64,000 nucleotides of DNA from an uncultured delta proteobacterium (GCA_963796685.1 CAWCMR010000025.1:320001-384000); one strand, 5' to 3'. Shown: positions 22,592 through 32,705, counted from the first letter of the stretch. Notes: generated from the sequence alone by a model not told the origin. Made by a program: numbers and translations.

Positions 22592-24754
22592 GTGAAGATC
22601 GCATTTACCCACAACCTCCGTCTCACCGACAGCGAGGACGAGGCCGAATTCGATAGTGTAGAAACCGTCGACGCCATAGCCAATGGCCTGCGGGCAGGCG
22701 GGCACGTGGTCGAGAAGATTGAGGTCACCGGCCCGGCCTCGCACTTGGCCGCGCGCATCGAGTCCTTCGGACCCGATCTCATCTTCAACACGGCCGAAGG
22801 CCGCCGCGGGCGCTCCCGCGAGGCATTCTACCCTGGCCTGTTCGAAGAGCTGGGCTTTCCCTACACCGGTTCGGACGCCTACGTCATGACCGTGACCCTG
22901 GACAAATGGATGACCAAGCTCATCCTGGGCACCCAGGGTATCGACACGCCCCGCGCCCGCATGGTCGTGCCCGACGACATGCAACGCGGACGCGATATCG
23001 GCATGCTCGGCTTGGCATATCCGGTCATCGTCAAGCCCAACTACGAGGGCTCGTCCAAGGGCATCGGCGACGAAGTGGTGGCCCGCGATCCGCGCGCCCT
23101 GCTCGACATGCTTCCGCGCGTGCTGCGCAAGTACCCGACGGGCGTCTTGGTCGAGGAGTTCATCGCCGGCACCGACGTAACCGTGCCCTTCGTCGAAGGA
23201 TTGGGTGACGAGGGGGTGCTCACCCCGGTGGACTACGTCGTGGAGCCGGGCGCGCGCACCCGGTTCAACATCTACGATTACCGACTCAAGTCTACCGACG
23301 CAGGCCGTGTGTCCGTGCGTTGTCCGCCCGATCTCCAGCGCGACGTGATGGCGCGACTGCGCGCGCTGACCAAAACGGCGGTTCGCACCCTCGGCATTCG
23401 CGACCTGTGCCGCGTCGACTTCCGTCTCGGCGAAGATGGCCGTCTTTACCTGCTCGAAATCAATGCCTTGCCCTCGCTGGAACCAGGGGCCAGCACCTTC
23501 TCGGCGGCCGCGCGCGAAGGGCTGGATTACGAAGCGACCCTCGACGCCGTGGTCAGCAGCGCGGCCCGCCGGCAAGGGTTGATGCTTCCGCAGGTTGGCA
23601 AGCGCAAACGACAGCCCGAACCCCTGCGCATCGGATTCTCCTACAACGTCAAGCGCGTCGATACCAAAGGCGGCGACGATACCGAGGCCGAATACGATGC
23701 GCCCGAGACCATCAACTCGATTCGTGACGCGCTGGAGAGCTACGGCCACGTGGTCGTGCCCGTGGAGGCCACGGCCGAATTGCCCCGCCAGCTCATGGAT
23801 ACGCCCGTGGATCTCGTGTTCAACATTGCCGAGGGCGTCTCGGGCCGCAACCGCGAGGCGGCCGTGCCCGCGCTGTGCGAGCTGATGGGTATCGCCTACA
23901 CTGGCTCGGACGCGGCGACCCTGTCCATCGCCCTCGACAAGGCCCTGTCCAAGCGCGTGCTCCGTCAGCACGGGATCTTGACCCCCGAGTTCCAGGTCAT
24001 GGAAACCGGACGCGAGCGCCTGTCGCCGAAGATGAAGTTCCCGCTCATCGTCAAGCCCAACCAGGAAGGCTCGTCCAAGGGCGTAAGCGCGCACGCCTCG
24101 GTGGTCGATGACGAGGAATCCCTGCGTGTGGTGGTGCGCGAGCTACTCGAGAAATACCGCCAGCCCGCTCTCATCGAGTACTACATCGCGGGCCGGGAAT
24201 TCACGGTGGGACTCCTTGGAGACAAGCGCCCGCGCGTGCTGCCCCCCATGGAGATCATCTTCCTCGACAAGGCCAACCCGCGTCCTGTCTACGACTACCA
24301 GATCAAGCAAGAGTGGGAAAAGCACGTCTACTACCAGTGCCCGGCCAAGCTCACCCCCGCCGAGCTGAGATCCATGGAGCGCATCGCGCGGGAGACCTTC
24401 GTCGCCCTCGATTGCCGCGATGTCGCCCGCGTGGACCTGCGCATGGACGAAGCCGGCGAGATCTACGTTCTCGAAGTGAATCCCCTGCCCGGCCTCACGC
24501 CTGGCTACTCCGATCTGTGTCTCATCGCCAACGCCGCCAACATCGACTACCGCACCCTGATCGGGGAAATCCTGGCTGGCGGCCTCAAGCGCATGCGCGA
24601 AAGACGGCGCGCGGAAGCGCGCGAGGCCGAGGCGGCACGTTTGTCCCCGGCCGGTGACGGGAACGGCAACGGCAAGGGCGAGACCAACGGCAAGGGCGAG
24701 ACCAAGGCGCTGGCCCCCGAGAAGATTCCGCCGGTCGGCCCGGAACCGACCTGA
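22592..24754 (+). CDS. Tandem double D-Ala-D-Ala-ligase-like ATP-grasp protein
   Basis: Two full domains, each with FN(T/I)AEG, YTGSDA, LDK, VKPN.EGSSKG, RVD.R and E(I/V)N.LP.L. Confidence 0.9.
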   Translation: MKIAFTHNLRLTDSEDEAEFDSVETVDAIANGLRAGGHVVEKIEVTGPASHLAARIESFGPDLIFNTAEGRRGRSREAFYPGLFEELGFPYTGSDAYVMTVTLDKWMTKLILGTQGIDTPRARMVVPDDMQRGRDIGMLGLAYPVIVKPNYEGSSKGIGDEVVARDPRALLDMLPRVLRKYPTGVLVEEFIAGTDVTVPFVEGLGDEGVLTPVDYVVEPGARTRFNIYDYRLKSTDAGRVSVRCPPDLQRDVMARLRALTKTAVRTLGIRDLCRVDFRLGEDGRLYLLEINALPSLEPGASTFSAAAREGLDYEATLDAVVSSAARRQGLMLPQVGKRKRQPEPLRIGFSYNVKRVDTKGGDDTEAEYDAPETINSIRDALESYGHVVVPVEATAELPRQLMDTPVDLVFNIAEGVSGRNREAAVPALCELMGIAYTGSDAATLSIALDKALSKRVLRQHGILTPEFQVMETGRERLSPKMKFPLIVKPNQEGSSKGVSAHASVVDDEESLRVVVRELLEKYRQPALIEYYIAGREFTVGLLGDKRPRVLPPMEIIFLDKANPRPVYDYQIKQEWEKHVYYQCPAKLTPAELRSMERIARETFVALDCRDVARVDLRMDEAGEIYVLEVNPLPGLTPGYSDLCLIANAANIDYRTLIGEILAGGLKRMRERRRAEAREAEAARLSPAGDGNGNGKGETNGKGETKALAPEKIPPVGPEPT

Positions 24755-24775
24755 AGATCGGGGTCTGCATCCGCC

Positions 24776-25903
24776 ATGCGCTTGCGGTTTCGTGACCTGG
24801 GATTCGCCATCGGCCACGTGCCCACCGGTCCCGGCAACGCCATCACCGACGTTCCCGGCGTACGCGTGGGCCACACGACCTTGCTCGAAGGTGAAGGACC
24901 GCTGGTGGTCGGTGAAGGACCCGTGCGCACGGGGGTTACCGCCATCCTGCCGCCGGATCCGGTCTTTTCCGACCGTGTGCTGGCCGGCTCCTTCGTGCTC
25001 AACGGCGCTGGCGAAGTGTCGGGCCTGACCCAAGTGGTCGAGTGGGGCTTGCTCGAAACCCCCATTCTGCTCACCAGCACCATGTCCGTGGGCAAGGTGT
25101 CGGACGCCACGGTGAAATGGATGACTCGCCACTTTCCCGGCATCGGCAGCGAGTACGACGCCATCATCCCCATCGTGGGCGAGTGCGACGACTCGTGGCT
25201 CAACGATGCCGTCGGCCGGCACGTGCGCTCGGAGCACGTCTACCGCGCTATCGAGCAGGCCGCGGGCGGCCCCGTTCCCGAGGGCTCGGTGGGCGCGGGC
25301 ACCGGCCTCATCACCTGCGACTTCAAGGCCGGCATCGGCACCAGCTCGCGCCGGGTCGCCCTTTTCAGGGCCGGCAACGAGCCCGGCCCCAGCTACAACC
25401 TGGGCGTGCTCGTGCAGTCCAATTTCGGCATCATGCGCTCCCTGCGCATCGCCGGCGTCCCCGTCGGGGAAATCCTGGCACCCGACTACGCCGACGACGG
25501 CAAGCGCGTGCGCAACGCGGGCTCGATCCTCTGCGTGGTCGCCACCGACGCGCCCCTGTTGCCGTCGCAGATCGCGCGCCTGTGCAAACGCGCGGCGCTC
25601 GGCATCGGTCGGGTGGGCTCGTTCGCGGCGCACGCCTCAGGCGAGATCATCATCGGGTTCTCGACTGCCAACAAGGTTCCGCGTTCGACCTCGGGCATGA
25701 CCCACCGGATCGAAATTCTGCTCGACGACGCCTGCGACGGCCTGTACGAAGCCGTGGTGGAATGCACCGAGGAGGCCATCGTCAACGCCCTGTGCATGGC
25801 CGACGACATGCGCGGCCAGTCCGATCACTTCGCGCCCGCCCTGCCGCTCGACGATCTCGCGACCATCCTCAGCCGCCACCACGCGGCCCGAGAGCGACCG
25901 TAA
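24776..25903 (+). CDS. dmpA: DmpA/P1 (S58) family aminopeptidase
   Basis: NAITDVPGVRVGHTTL, RTGVTAILP, PIVGECDDSWLND, EGSVGAGTG, autoproteolysis site NAG|SILCVV, ATDAP. Confidence 0.9.
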   Translation: MRLRFRDLGFAIGHVPTGPGNAITDVPGVRVGHTTLLEGEGPLVVGEGPVRTGVTAILPPDPVFSDRVLAGSFVLNGAGEVSGLTQVVEWGLLETPILLTSTMSVGKVSDATVKWMTRHFPGIGSEYDAIIPIVGECDDSWLNDAVGRHVRSEHVYRAIEQAAGGPVPEGSVGAGTGLITCDFKAGIGTSSRRVALFRAGNEPGPSYNLGVLVQSNFGIMRSLRIAGVPVGEILAPDYADDGKRVRNAGSILCVVATDAPLLPSQIARLCKRAALGIGRVGSFAAHASGEIIIGFSTANKVPRSTSGMTHRIEILLDDACDGLYEAVVECTEEAIVNALCMADDMRGQSDHFAPALPLDDLATILSRHHAARERP

Positions 25904-25916
25904 GGCTGGATCACCG

Positions 25917-26954
25917 ATGCGCATCGGCTTCCTCATCGGCGGAATCGCCACCCTGCAGCCAACCTTTGCCGGAAACTACCTGGCTTGGTCGGCCCAGCGA
26001 CGCGGCCACGAGGTTCGCTTCGTGACCGCGGACGATCTCTCCTTTCTCGACGACGGCAGCGTGTTCGCCGCCACACTGCGCGTGCGGGCCGGCGACTACG
26101 CCAAGCCGGCGGACTTCTACCGCGCCCTCCTCTCGACCGACGCCGTCCACGAGGAAGACACGCTGTCGGATTTCGATGTCGTGTTCATCCGCTACAACCC
26201 CCTGCGCGAGCCGCCCGGCGCACCGCCATCGCCCATCCTCGATTTCTGCTGGCGCCTTCGCCTGGGCGGCACCTTCGTCATCAACGATCCCGAGGGTGTA
26301 TTTCGCGCCTGGGGTCGACTGTACTTGTCCGATTTGCCCGCGGACGTTCACGCGCGCACTTTGGTCTCGCGCTCGCCCGACCGAATCAAGGCCTTTCTGC
26401 GCGACCTCGACGGACCAGCGGTGCTCAAGCCGTTGGCGCACGCCGGGCACGAGAAGGTGTTCCGGATTCCAAAGGGAAAGATCAAAAATCTGAACCCCAT
26501 CATCACCGCCATCACCAGGGACGGCTACGCCGTGGCCCAAGAGTATCTGCGCGAGGCCGAGGAGGGCGAGAAGCGGCTTCTTCTTCTCGGCGGCGAACCC
26601 ATCCGGGTCGGCCGCCAGGTCGCCATCTACCGACGCTTGCCCGGCCTGGCCGAGGGCGAGAAGAAGCGGCGCAACCCGGCTCGGCGACGTTGCAAGTTCG
26701 GCGCCGTCGAAGAGCGCGTGTGCGACCTTCTGCGCCCCAAGCTCTTGGCCGATGGCCTGTACCTGGTCAGCGTCGACCTCGCCGGCGGCAAGATTCTCGA
26801 GCTCAACGCGTTTTCGCCGGGCGGAATCCACTCGCTGCGCGAGATCTACCGCTTGGACGTGGCCGAGGTCATCATCCGCGACCTCGAGCGCCGGGTGCGC
26901 TTGCGCGACGCCTACCGCGGCACGAACGATCCCGAGGCCGCGGGGGTGGCGTGA
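25917..26954 (+). CDS. Glutathione-synthetase (GshB)-like ATP-grasp protein, divergent
   Basis: FDVVFIRYNP, VINDPEG, VLKPL, AQEYL..A.EGEKR, VDLAGGKILELNAFSPGG. Confidence 0.8.
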   Translation: MRIGFLIGGIATLQPTFAGNYLAWSAQRRGHEVRFVTADDLSFLDDGSVFAATLRVRAGDYAKPADFYRALLSTDAVHEEDTLSDFDVVFIRYNPLREPPGAPPSPILDFCWRLRLGGTFVINDPEGVFRAWGRLYLSDLPADVHARTLVSRSPDRIKAFLRDLDGPAVLKPLAHAGHEKVFRIPKGKIKNLNPIITAITRDGYAVAQEYLREAEEGEKRLLLLGGEPIRVGRQVAIYRRLPGLAEGEKKRRNPARRRCKFGAVEERVCDLLRPKLLADGLYLVSVDLAGGKILELNAFSPGGIHSLREIYRLDVAEVIIRDLERRVRLRDAYRGTNDPEAAGVA

Positions 26955-27113
26955 TCCGGAGATGCCGGGCGAGGAGCCCGGCTCGCTGCTGCAATGAGCA
27001 CGGTGGCCGCCGCGACTCCGTCATGGGAAATCCCTTCGCGGTAGGGTAGATCCTTGGCCGGAGTTTGAGTAACCTTGCCTGGAGGGATAACGCGCGTGGT
27101 GGATATCGATTTC

Positions 27114-28337
27114 ATGGCCAGGCGACATCTGGAGGGAACTTCCGGGCCCGTCGTGGAGGATCGTGCGGGTGTGCCGCAAGGGCCGCTGGCCGATGAGCTG
27201 TCCATTCCCAATCCACCGGTCGAGCCTGGCCCCATCCTTACGCTGTCGGCGGAAGAGATCACACGCTTCTTCGTGCGATCGCGCCGCGACCAGGACACCG
27301 AGCGCTGGGATGTCCGCCTCGATGCGGCCCTGCGCGAGATCCTCGAGCGTGCCAACGACTTCGTGCCCTCGGAAGCGGGCGGCATCCTGCTCGACGATCC
27401 ACGGGCCACGCTGTCGGGCGTGCGCACCCCGCGTCTGACCTTCATCGCCGTGTACGGGCCCGATTCGGGCCAGTTGCTGGGCAAGCGCATCCCCTCGGAT
27501 CGCGGGTTCGTCGGCCAGATCTACCGCTCGGGCATTCCCTACCGCAGCGACCACCTCGATGCCAACGATCCCTTGCTCAACCTGCCGAACCGCACCTCGG
27601 ACGCCGCCGTGGTCTCGGTCATCGGGGTTCCGGTGCTCGTCGGGGATTCCATCTGCGGCGTCCTCGAGCTCACCAACCGGCGTTCAGGCAGCCCCTATTC
27701 CGCCCGTGACAACGAGCTTCTGCGCATCTTCGCGGCGTACATGTCATCGTCGATCCAGAACGCCCTCGATGCTCTTCGCGCGCGTGCCATGGCCCGCCTC
27801 GATCACCTGACGGGGCTGTTCAACAGCCGCTATTTTCACGTGCGTCTGCAAGACGAGATCGCCCACGCCGATCACAACGGAACCGAGCTGTCGCTGCTCT
27901 TCATCGACCTCGACTATTTCAAGACCGTCAACGATCGCTTCGGGCACGTGGCGGGCAGTTGGACCCTGCGCGAAGTGGCGCGCCTGCTGTCCGAGAACGC
28001 ACCCCCCGCGACCGTGCTGGCCCGCTACGGCGGCGACGAATTCGTCGCCATCCTGCCCGGCGCGGATTTGCAGCGCGCCCTGCAGACCGCGGATCTGCTC
28101 CGCCGCGTGATCGAGGATGCTTCGTTCTTCGACACCGACGCCGAAACCGTCGAGGTGGCGCAACCTCTGCCCGGCGTGCGCGCGTCCATCGGCGTCGCAT
28201 CCTACCGCGATCACCTGGCGCCGAGCGGGAACCAGCGCCGCCGGGAAAACCTGCTCCTGCGTCTGGCGGACACCGCCATGTACCGAGCCAAGGCCAACGG
28301 CCGCAACCGCGTCGAGGTCGCCGAGGCGGAGGAATAG
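27114..28337 (+). CDS. GAF-domain diguanylate cyclase
   Basis: GAF domain, then DHLTGLFN, DLDYFKTVNDRFGH, RYGGDEF, ADTAMYRAKANGRN; no RxxD I-site. Confidence 0.93.
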   Translation: MARRHLEGTSGPVVEDRAGVPQGPLADELSIPNPPVEPGPILTLSAEEITRFFVRSRRDQDTERWDVRLDAALREILERANDFVPSEAGGILLDDPRATLSGVRTPRLTFIAVYGPDSGQLLGKRIPSDRGFVGQIYRSGIPYRSDHLDANDPLLNLPNRTSDAAVVSVIGVPVLVGDSICGVLELTNRRSGSPYSARDNELLRIFAAYMSSSIQNALDALRARAMARLDHLTGLFNSRYFHVRLQDEIAHADHNGTELSLLFIDLDYFKTVNDRFGHVAGSWTLREVARLLSENAPPATVLARYGGDEFVAILPGADLQRALQTADLLRRVIEDASFFDTDAETVEVAQPLPGVRASIGVASYRDHLAPSGNQRRRENLLLRLADTAMYRAKANGRNRVEVAEAEE

Positions 28338-28338
28338 C

Positions 28339-28797
28339 ATGTCGCGCGTACGTTGGTTGCTCATGACCTTGTCCCTTGTCGGAACCGGCTGCTTTCAGGA
28401 CAGCACGCCCCAGCACAGCGCCTTTCTGCCCCTCGCCTATCAGTCCACGTTCCGCATCGTGCGCACCTGCCGTCTGAACGTGCACCACTCGAACCAGTAC
28501 CAGGTCGTCTTTGCCGACCCCACCTTCGCCGCCGATCCTTATACGAATGGCGTCTACCCCCTGCCCGCGGGCAGCGTGGTGGTGGCCGAGGAGCACGGCA
28601 ACGACTCCTCCTGCAACAACCTCACCGGTTTCTATCTGATGGCCAAGGAGCAGCCCGGCTACGACACGGCAGTGCACGACTGGCACTGGCAAGAGCTCGA
28701 CGCCAATCAGCGCGTTCTCCAAGACGGCCACCTGACGACCTGCTCGTCCTGCCACGCCCAGCCGCCGTGCAGCGACTTCCTCTGCTCGCCTCCGTGA
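28339..28797 (+). CDS. Cytochrome P460-family-like monoheme c lipoprotein
   Basis: Lipobox LVGTG-C; LPAGSVVV, LMAKEQPGYD...DWHW and C-terminal CSSCH. Confidence 0.75.
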   Translation: MSRVRWLLMTLSLVGTGCFQDSTPQHSAFLPLAYQSTFRIVRTCRLNVHHSNQYQVVFADPTFAADPYTNGVYPLPAGSVVVAEEHGNDSSCNNLTGFYLMAKEQPGYDTAVHDWHWQELDANQRVLQDGHLTTCSSCHAQPPCSDFLCSPP

Positions 28798-30716
28798 AGG
28801 TCGTGTCCAAGAAGATTGAAGCACGCTTCGGGGCCTGGCCTTCTCCGCTGTCCGCCGAAGCCGTGGCCGAAGGCAGCGTACGGCTTGGGGGACTGGCGCT
28901 CGACGGCGACGAGGTCTATTGGGTGGAGAGCCGCCCGGCCGAACAAGGTCGTCTGGTGCTTCTTCGCAAGCGGGAAGGTGGCGCCGTCGAGGAGGTCGTA
29001 CGCGCGCCCTATTCCGTGCGGTCGCGCGTGCACGAGTACGGGGGAGGCGCCTTCACCGTGGACCGCGGAGAGGTGATCTTCGCCAACGACGCCGACCAGC
29101 GCCTCTATCGCATCGCGACCACGCGCGAGGCGCCCTGGCAGGCCGAGGCATTGACCTCCGCACCCGACACGCGCTTCGCCGACCTGCGCATCGATCGCCG
29201 ATTCGGCCGCATCGTCTGCGTCGCCGAGCGGAAGCGCACCGGCGCCGAGCCGGAGAGCTTCCTCGCCAGCGTTTCGCTTGCGAGCGGCGAGATACGGGTG
29301 CTCGCGCACGGCGCGGACTTCTATGCCTTTCCACGCCTCGATGCCGCGGGCACCCGGCTGGCGTTCCTCGCCTGGAATCATCCCGCCATGCCGTGGGACG
29401 CGTGCGAGCTCTACCTGGCCGACATCCTCGCCGACGGCTCGCTGGGGCCGGCCACCAAGGTTGCGGGCGGGGCAAACGAGTCCGTCTTCCAGCCCGCGTG
29501 GTCGCCCGCCGGAGCGCTGCACTTCGTCTCCGATCGCAGCGGGTTTTCCAATCTTCACCGAATGGACAACGACGGTACCGTTGCCTGCGTGTGCTCGGTC
29601 GAAGCGGAATTCGCCGCGCCCCTTTGGGTCTTCGACCTTTCCACCTACGCCTGGCTCGACGCCGACACCCTCCTCTGCGCCTACCAGAAATCCGGCTTCT
29701 GGCACCTCGCGACGCTGGCAAGCGAAAGCGGCCGGCTCGACGCCGTGGCGATGGATCTCACCGACCTGGGCTCGGTCTTCGCCAGCGCTGGCCGCGCCCT
29801 CTTCTTCGGAGGCTCGGCCGCACACGCCCCTGCGCTCTATTCCTTGAGCGCCCGAAGCCCCGAGGTGAAGCTCTTCCACCGTCCGAGCCCCGACCTCGTG
29901 ACGGCGGACCGCATCGCATTCCCGCAGGCCATCTCCTTCCCGACCACGGGCAACGCCACCTGCCATGGGCTGCTCTACTTGCCGCACAGCCCCGATCGCG
30001 AAGCCGGCGACGACGAACGCCCACCTCTGCTCGTCATCTGCCATGGCGGCCCGACAGGATCGACGTCCACGGCGCTCAGCTTGAACGTCCAGTTCTGGAC
30101 CAGCCGCGGCTTCGCCATCCTCGACGTGAACTACCGCGGTTCGACTGGGTATGGCCGCACCTATCGCAAAGCTCTCGACGGCCAGTGGGGCGTCGTCGAC
30201 GTGGACGATTGCGTGGCCGGTGCGCGCATGCTGGCCGAGCACGACGTGGTCGACGGCAAGCGCATGGCGATTCGCGGATCGAGCGCGGGGGGCTTCACCG
30301 TGCTGTGCGCGCTCGCCTTTCACGACGTCTTCGCCGCTGGCGCCAGCTACTACGGGGTCAGCGATCTGGAGGCGCTGGCCAAGGACACGCACAAGTTCGA
30401 AAGCCGCTATCTCGATTCCCTGGTCGGGCCCTACCCGGAGCGCCGCGACGTCTACCGCGCCCGCTCGCCCATCCACGCCGCGCATCGGCTGTCGTGCCCG
30501 GTGATCTTCTTCCAAGGCCTGCAGGACCGCGTGGTGCCTCCCGCGCAGGCCGAGAACATGGTGGCGGCCTTGCGCCGCCGCGGCCTATCCGCGCCGCTCG
30601 TGCTCTTCCCCGACGAACAGCACGGTTTCCGGCGCAAGGAAAACATCAGCCGCGCCCTCGACGCCGAGCTGGCGTTCTACCGCGAGGTTTTCGCGATCGA
30701 CGCCACAGAAGAGTAG
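28794..30716 (+). CDS. S9 family (prolyl oligopeptidase/acylaminoacyl) peptidase
   Basis: FGAWPSPL, SRVHEYGGG, HGGPT, GSSAGG (Ser), GLQDRVVP (Asp), EQHGFR (His). Confidence 0.95.
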   Translation: MKVVSKKIEARFGAWPSPLSAEAVAEGSVRLGGLALDGDEVYWVESRPAEQGRLVLLRKREGGAVEEVVRAPYSVRSRVHEYGGGAFTVDRGEVIFANDADQRLYRIATTREAPWQAEALTSAPDTRFADLRIDRRFGRIVCVAERKRTGAEPESFLASVSLASGEIRVLAHGADFYAFPRLDAAGTRLAFLAWNHPAMPWDACELYLADILADGSLGPATKVAGGANESVFQPAWSPAGALHFVSDRSGFSNLHRMDNDGTVACVCSVEAEFAAPLWVFDLSTYAWLDADTLLCAYQKSGFWHLATLASESGRLDAVAMDLTDLGSVFASAGRALFFGGSAAHAPALYSLSARSPEVKLFHRPSPDLVTADRIAFPQAISFPTTGNATCHGLLYLPHSPDREAGDDERPPLLVICHGGPTGSTSTALSLNVQFWTSRGFAILDVNYRGSTGYGRTYRKALDGQWGVVDVDDCVAGARMLAEHDVVDGKRMAIRGSSAGGFTVLCALAFHDVFAAGASYYGVSDLEALAKDTHKFESRYLDSLVGPYPERRDVYRARSPIHAAHRLSCPVIFFQGLQDRVVPPAQAENMVAALRRRGLSAPLVLFPDEQHGFRRKENISRALDAELAFYREVFAIDATEE

Positions 30717-30719
30717 GCG

Positions 30720-31217
30720 TTACCCGGGATCCGGTCCGCCCGCCTGGCGCATGCGCGCGATCACGCTCTCTTCCATGAGGTCTTCCATGGTCTGGCCGCC
30801 GTAGCGGGCGGCGATGCGGTCGTCGTACTCGTCGGCCACGAAGGCGAAATCGCGAATGGTTTGGGTGAACTCTTCCTTGTCGCCCAGATCGCGGTCGAGC
30901 AGGGTGTGGCAAAGCACGATGGCCTGGCCCTCGGGCACGAAGGCGAAGGCACCGAAGCGCAGGACCGCGTTGAGCTGAAGCAGCTCCACCGCCAGCATGC
31001 ACTCCATGGTGACGCCCTTGACCAACTGGGCGACCAAGCGGATCAGGGCGTGATCCTTCCAGGGGTGAACCTTGATCATGATCATCGAAGAGCCCTGTTT
31101 CACGGCGTAAAGGCCGTCCTCTACCTTGCGGTAGGCGGGGCTTGCTCCCAGCATCTTCTCGATCTTTTGGCTAGCGGCTTGAACCGCCTCACGGGCACGG
31201 GCCTTTCGTTCGGGCAT
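30720..31217 (-). CDS. YbjN / type III secretion chaperone-like protein
   Basis: QGSSMIMIKV, ELLQLNAVLRFGAF, ADEYDDRIAARYGG. Confidence 0.7.
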   Translation of the reverse strand: MPERKARAREAVQAASQKIEKMLGASPAYRKVEDGLYAVKQGSSMIMIKVHPWKDHALIRLVAQLVKGVTMECMLAVELLQLNAVLRFGAFAFVPEGQAIVLCHTLLDRDLGDKEEFTQTIRDFAFVADEYDDRIAARYGGQTMEDLMEESVIARMRQAGGPDPG

Positions 31218-31275
31218 ACATGATCGGTAACACGAAGTCGGCCTCTTGCGAAGCCCACTTGCGTCCACGTTCGCG

Positions 31276-32705
31276 TCACGATTCGCGTCGGTCGTCCCGC
31301 GCGATGCCAAGGGCACGCATCTTCTTGTGCAAGTTCGTCCGTTCAAGACCGAGAATCTGCGCCGTGCGCGAGATGTTCCACTCGTTTTCGTCGAGCTTGG
31401 CCAGGACGTACTGGCGTTCGACCAAATCGCGCAGCTCGCGCAAGGGAAGGTTCTTGGCCTCGGGAGGCAATTCCAGAGCTCCCAACGCCTGCATCGGCCG
31501 GCTCACCCTGGCCACCTCGGCCACGATCTCCTCGGGCAGGTCGCCTGCCCCGATGCTGTCCTCCGAGAGGATGACCAGACGCTCGACCACGTTGCGCAAT
31601 TCGCGCACGTTGCCCGGCCAGGTGTAGGCCGCGAGGACCTCGACCGCCTCCGGCGTGATGGTCTTCTCGTGCAGGCCGTTTTCGCGCGCGATCTGCGCCA
31701 CGAAGGACTTGCACAGAAGTGGAATATCAGCGGCCCGGTCGCGCAAGGGCGGCGCGCGCAGCGGAACCACGGCCAGACGAAAGTAGAGATCCTCGCGGAA
31801 CTGCCCGCCAGAGACCGCAGCTTGCAAGTCGCGATTCGTGGCGGCCAGCACGCGCACGTCCACCTTCAGGGTCGTTTCGCTGCCCACGCGCGAGAGCTCG
31901 CCCGACTGGAGCACGCGCAGGACCTTGGCCTGGGCCGACAAGCTCATATCGCCGATCTCGTCGAGGAAGATGGTGCCTCCGTCGGCGAGCTCGAACAGGC
32001 CCTTCTTGCGAGCGGCGGCGCCCGTGAAGGCCCCGCGTTCGTGCCCGAACAGCTCGGACTCGATGAGCTCGGGGGGATCGCCGCGCAGTTCACCTTGATG
32101 AAAGGTCGATCGCGCAAACCGCTTTCGCGGTGGACGGCGCGCGCGATCAGCTCCTTACCCGTGCCCGACTCGCCGGTGATGAGCACGCGCGTGCGGGTGG
32201 GCGCCACCTTGGCGATCTGGGCGTAGAGGGCGGTCATGGCCGGACTCTGGCCGACCATCTCGAATCGGCCCTGGGCTAGCTCGCGTAAGCCGGCCACCTC
32301 GCGCACCATGGCCCGGCGTTCGAGGCCGTTGCGCAGGGTCACCATCAGGCGCTCGCGATCGAGCGGCTTTTCCAGAAAATCGTAGGCCCCGGCCTTGGTC
32401 GCGCGGACCGCGTCGGCCAGGGTGCCGTGTCCCGAGATCATGATAACGACCGGTTCGGGCTGGGACTTGGCACTTTCGTCGTCCTGCGCACGCGCCTTGC
32501 GCATGGACTCCAGCACGTCATGCCCGGAGATCCCGGGCAGCTGAACGTCGAGCAAGACCATGTCGGGCGCAGTGTCCGGTAGACGAGCCAGGGCTTCCTC
32601 CCCACTCGATGCCTCCTCGACGGAATAGCCTTCGCCCTCGAGCACCATGCGCACGGTCCGGCGGATGTTTTTTTCGTCGTCGACAATCAGAATGGTTGTG
32701 CTCAT
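31276..32705 (-). CDS. Sigma54-dependent (NtrC/NtrX-like) response regulator, split by a 1-bp frameshift at 32071-32076
   Basis: REC plus GESGTGKE...VNCAAIP in one frame; ELIESELFGHERGAFTGA, WPGNVRELRN and the HTH continue in another. The C6 run needs C7 to give AIPPELIES. Confidence 0.9.

Noticed and set aside
24668-24703. 18-bp tandem duplication at the end of the ATP-grasp gene
   Set aside because: In-frame duplication in a disordered tail (NGKGET x2), with no sign of function.
22592-24754. Housekeeping ddl gene
   Set aside because: It has a double domain, lacks the Ddl N-terminal GG.S.E motif and is not in a mur/dcw context, so no symbol was given.
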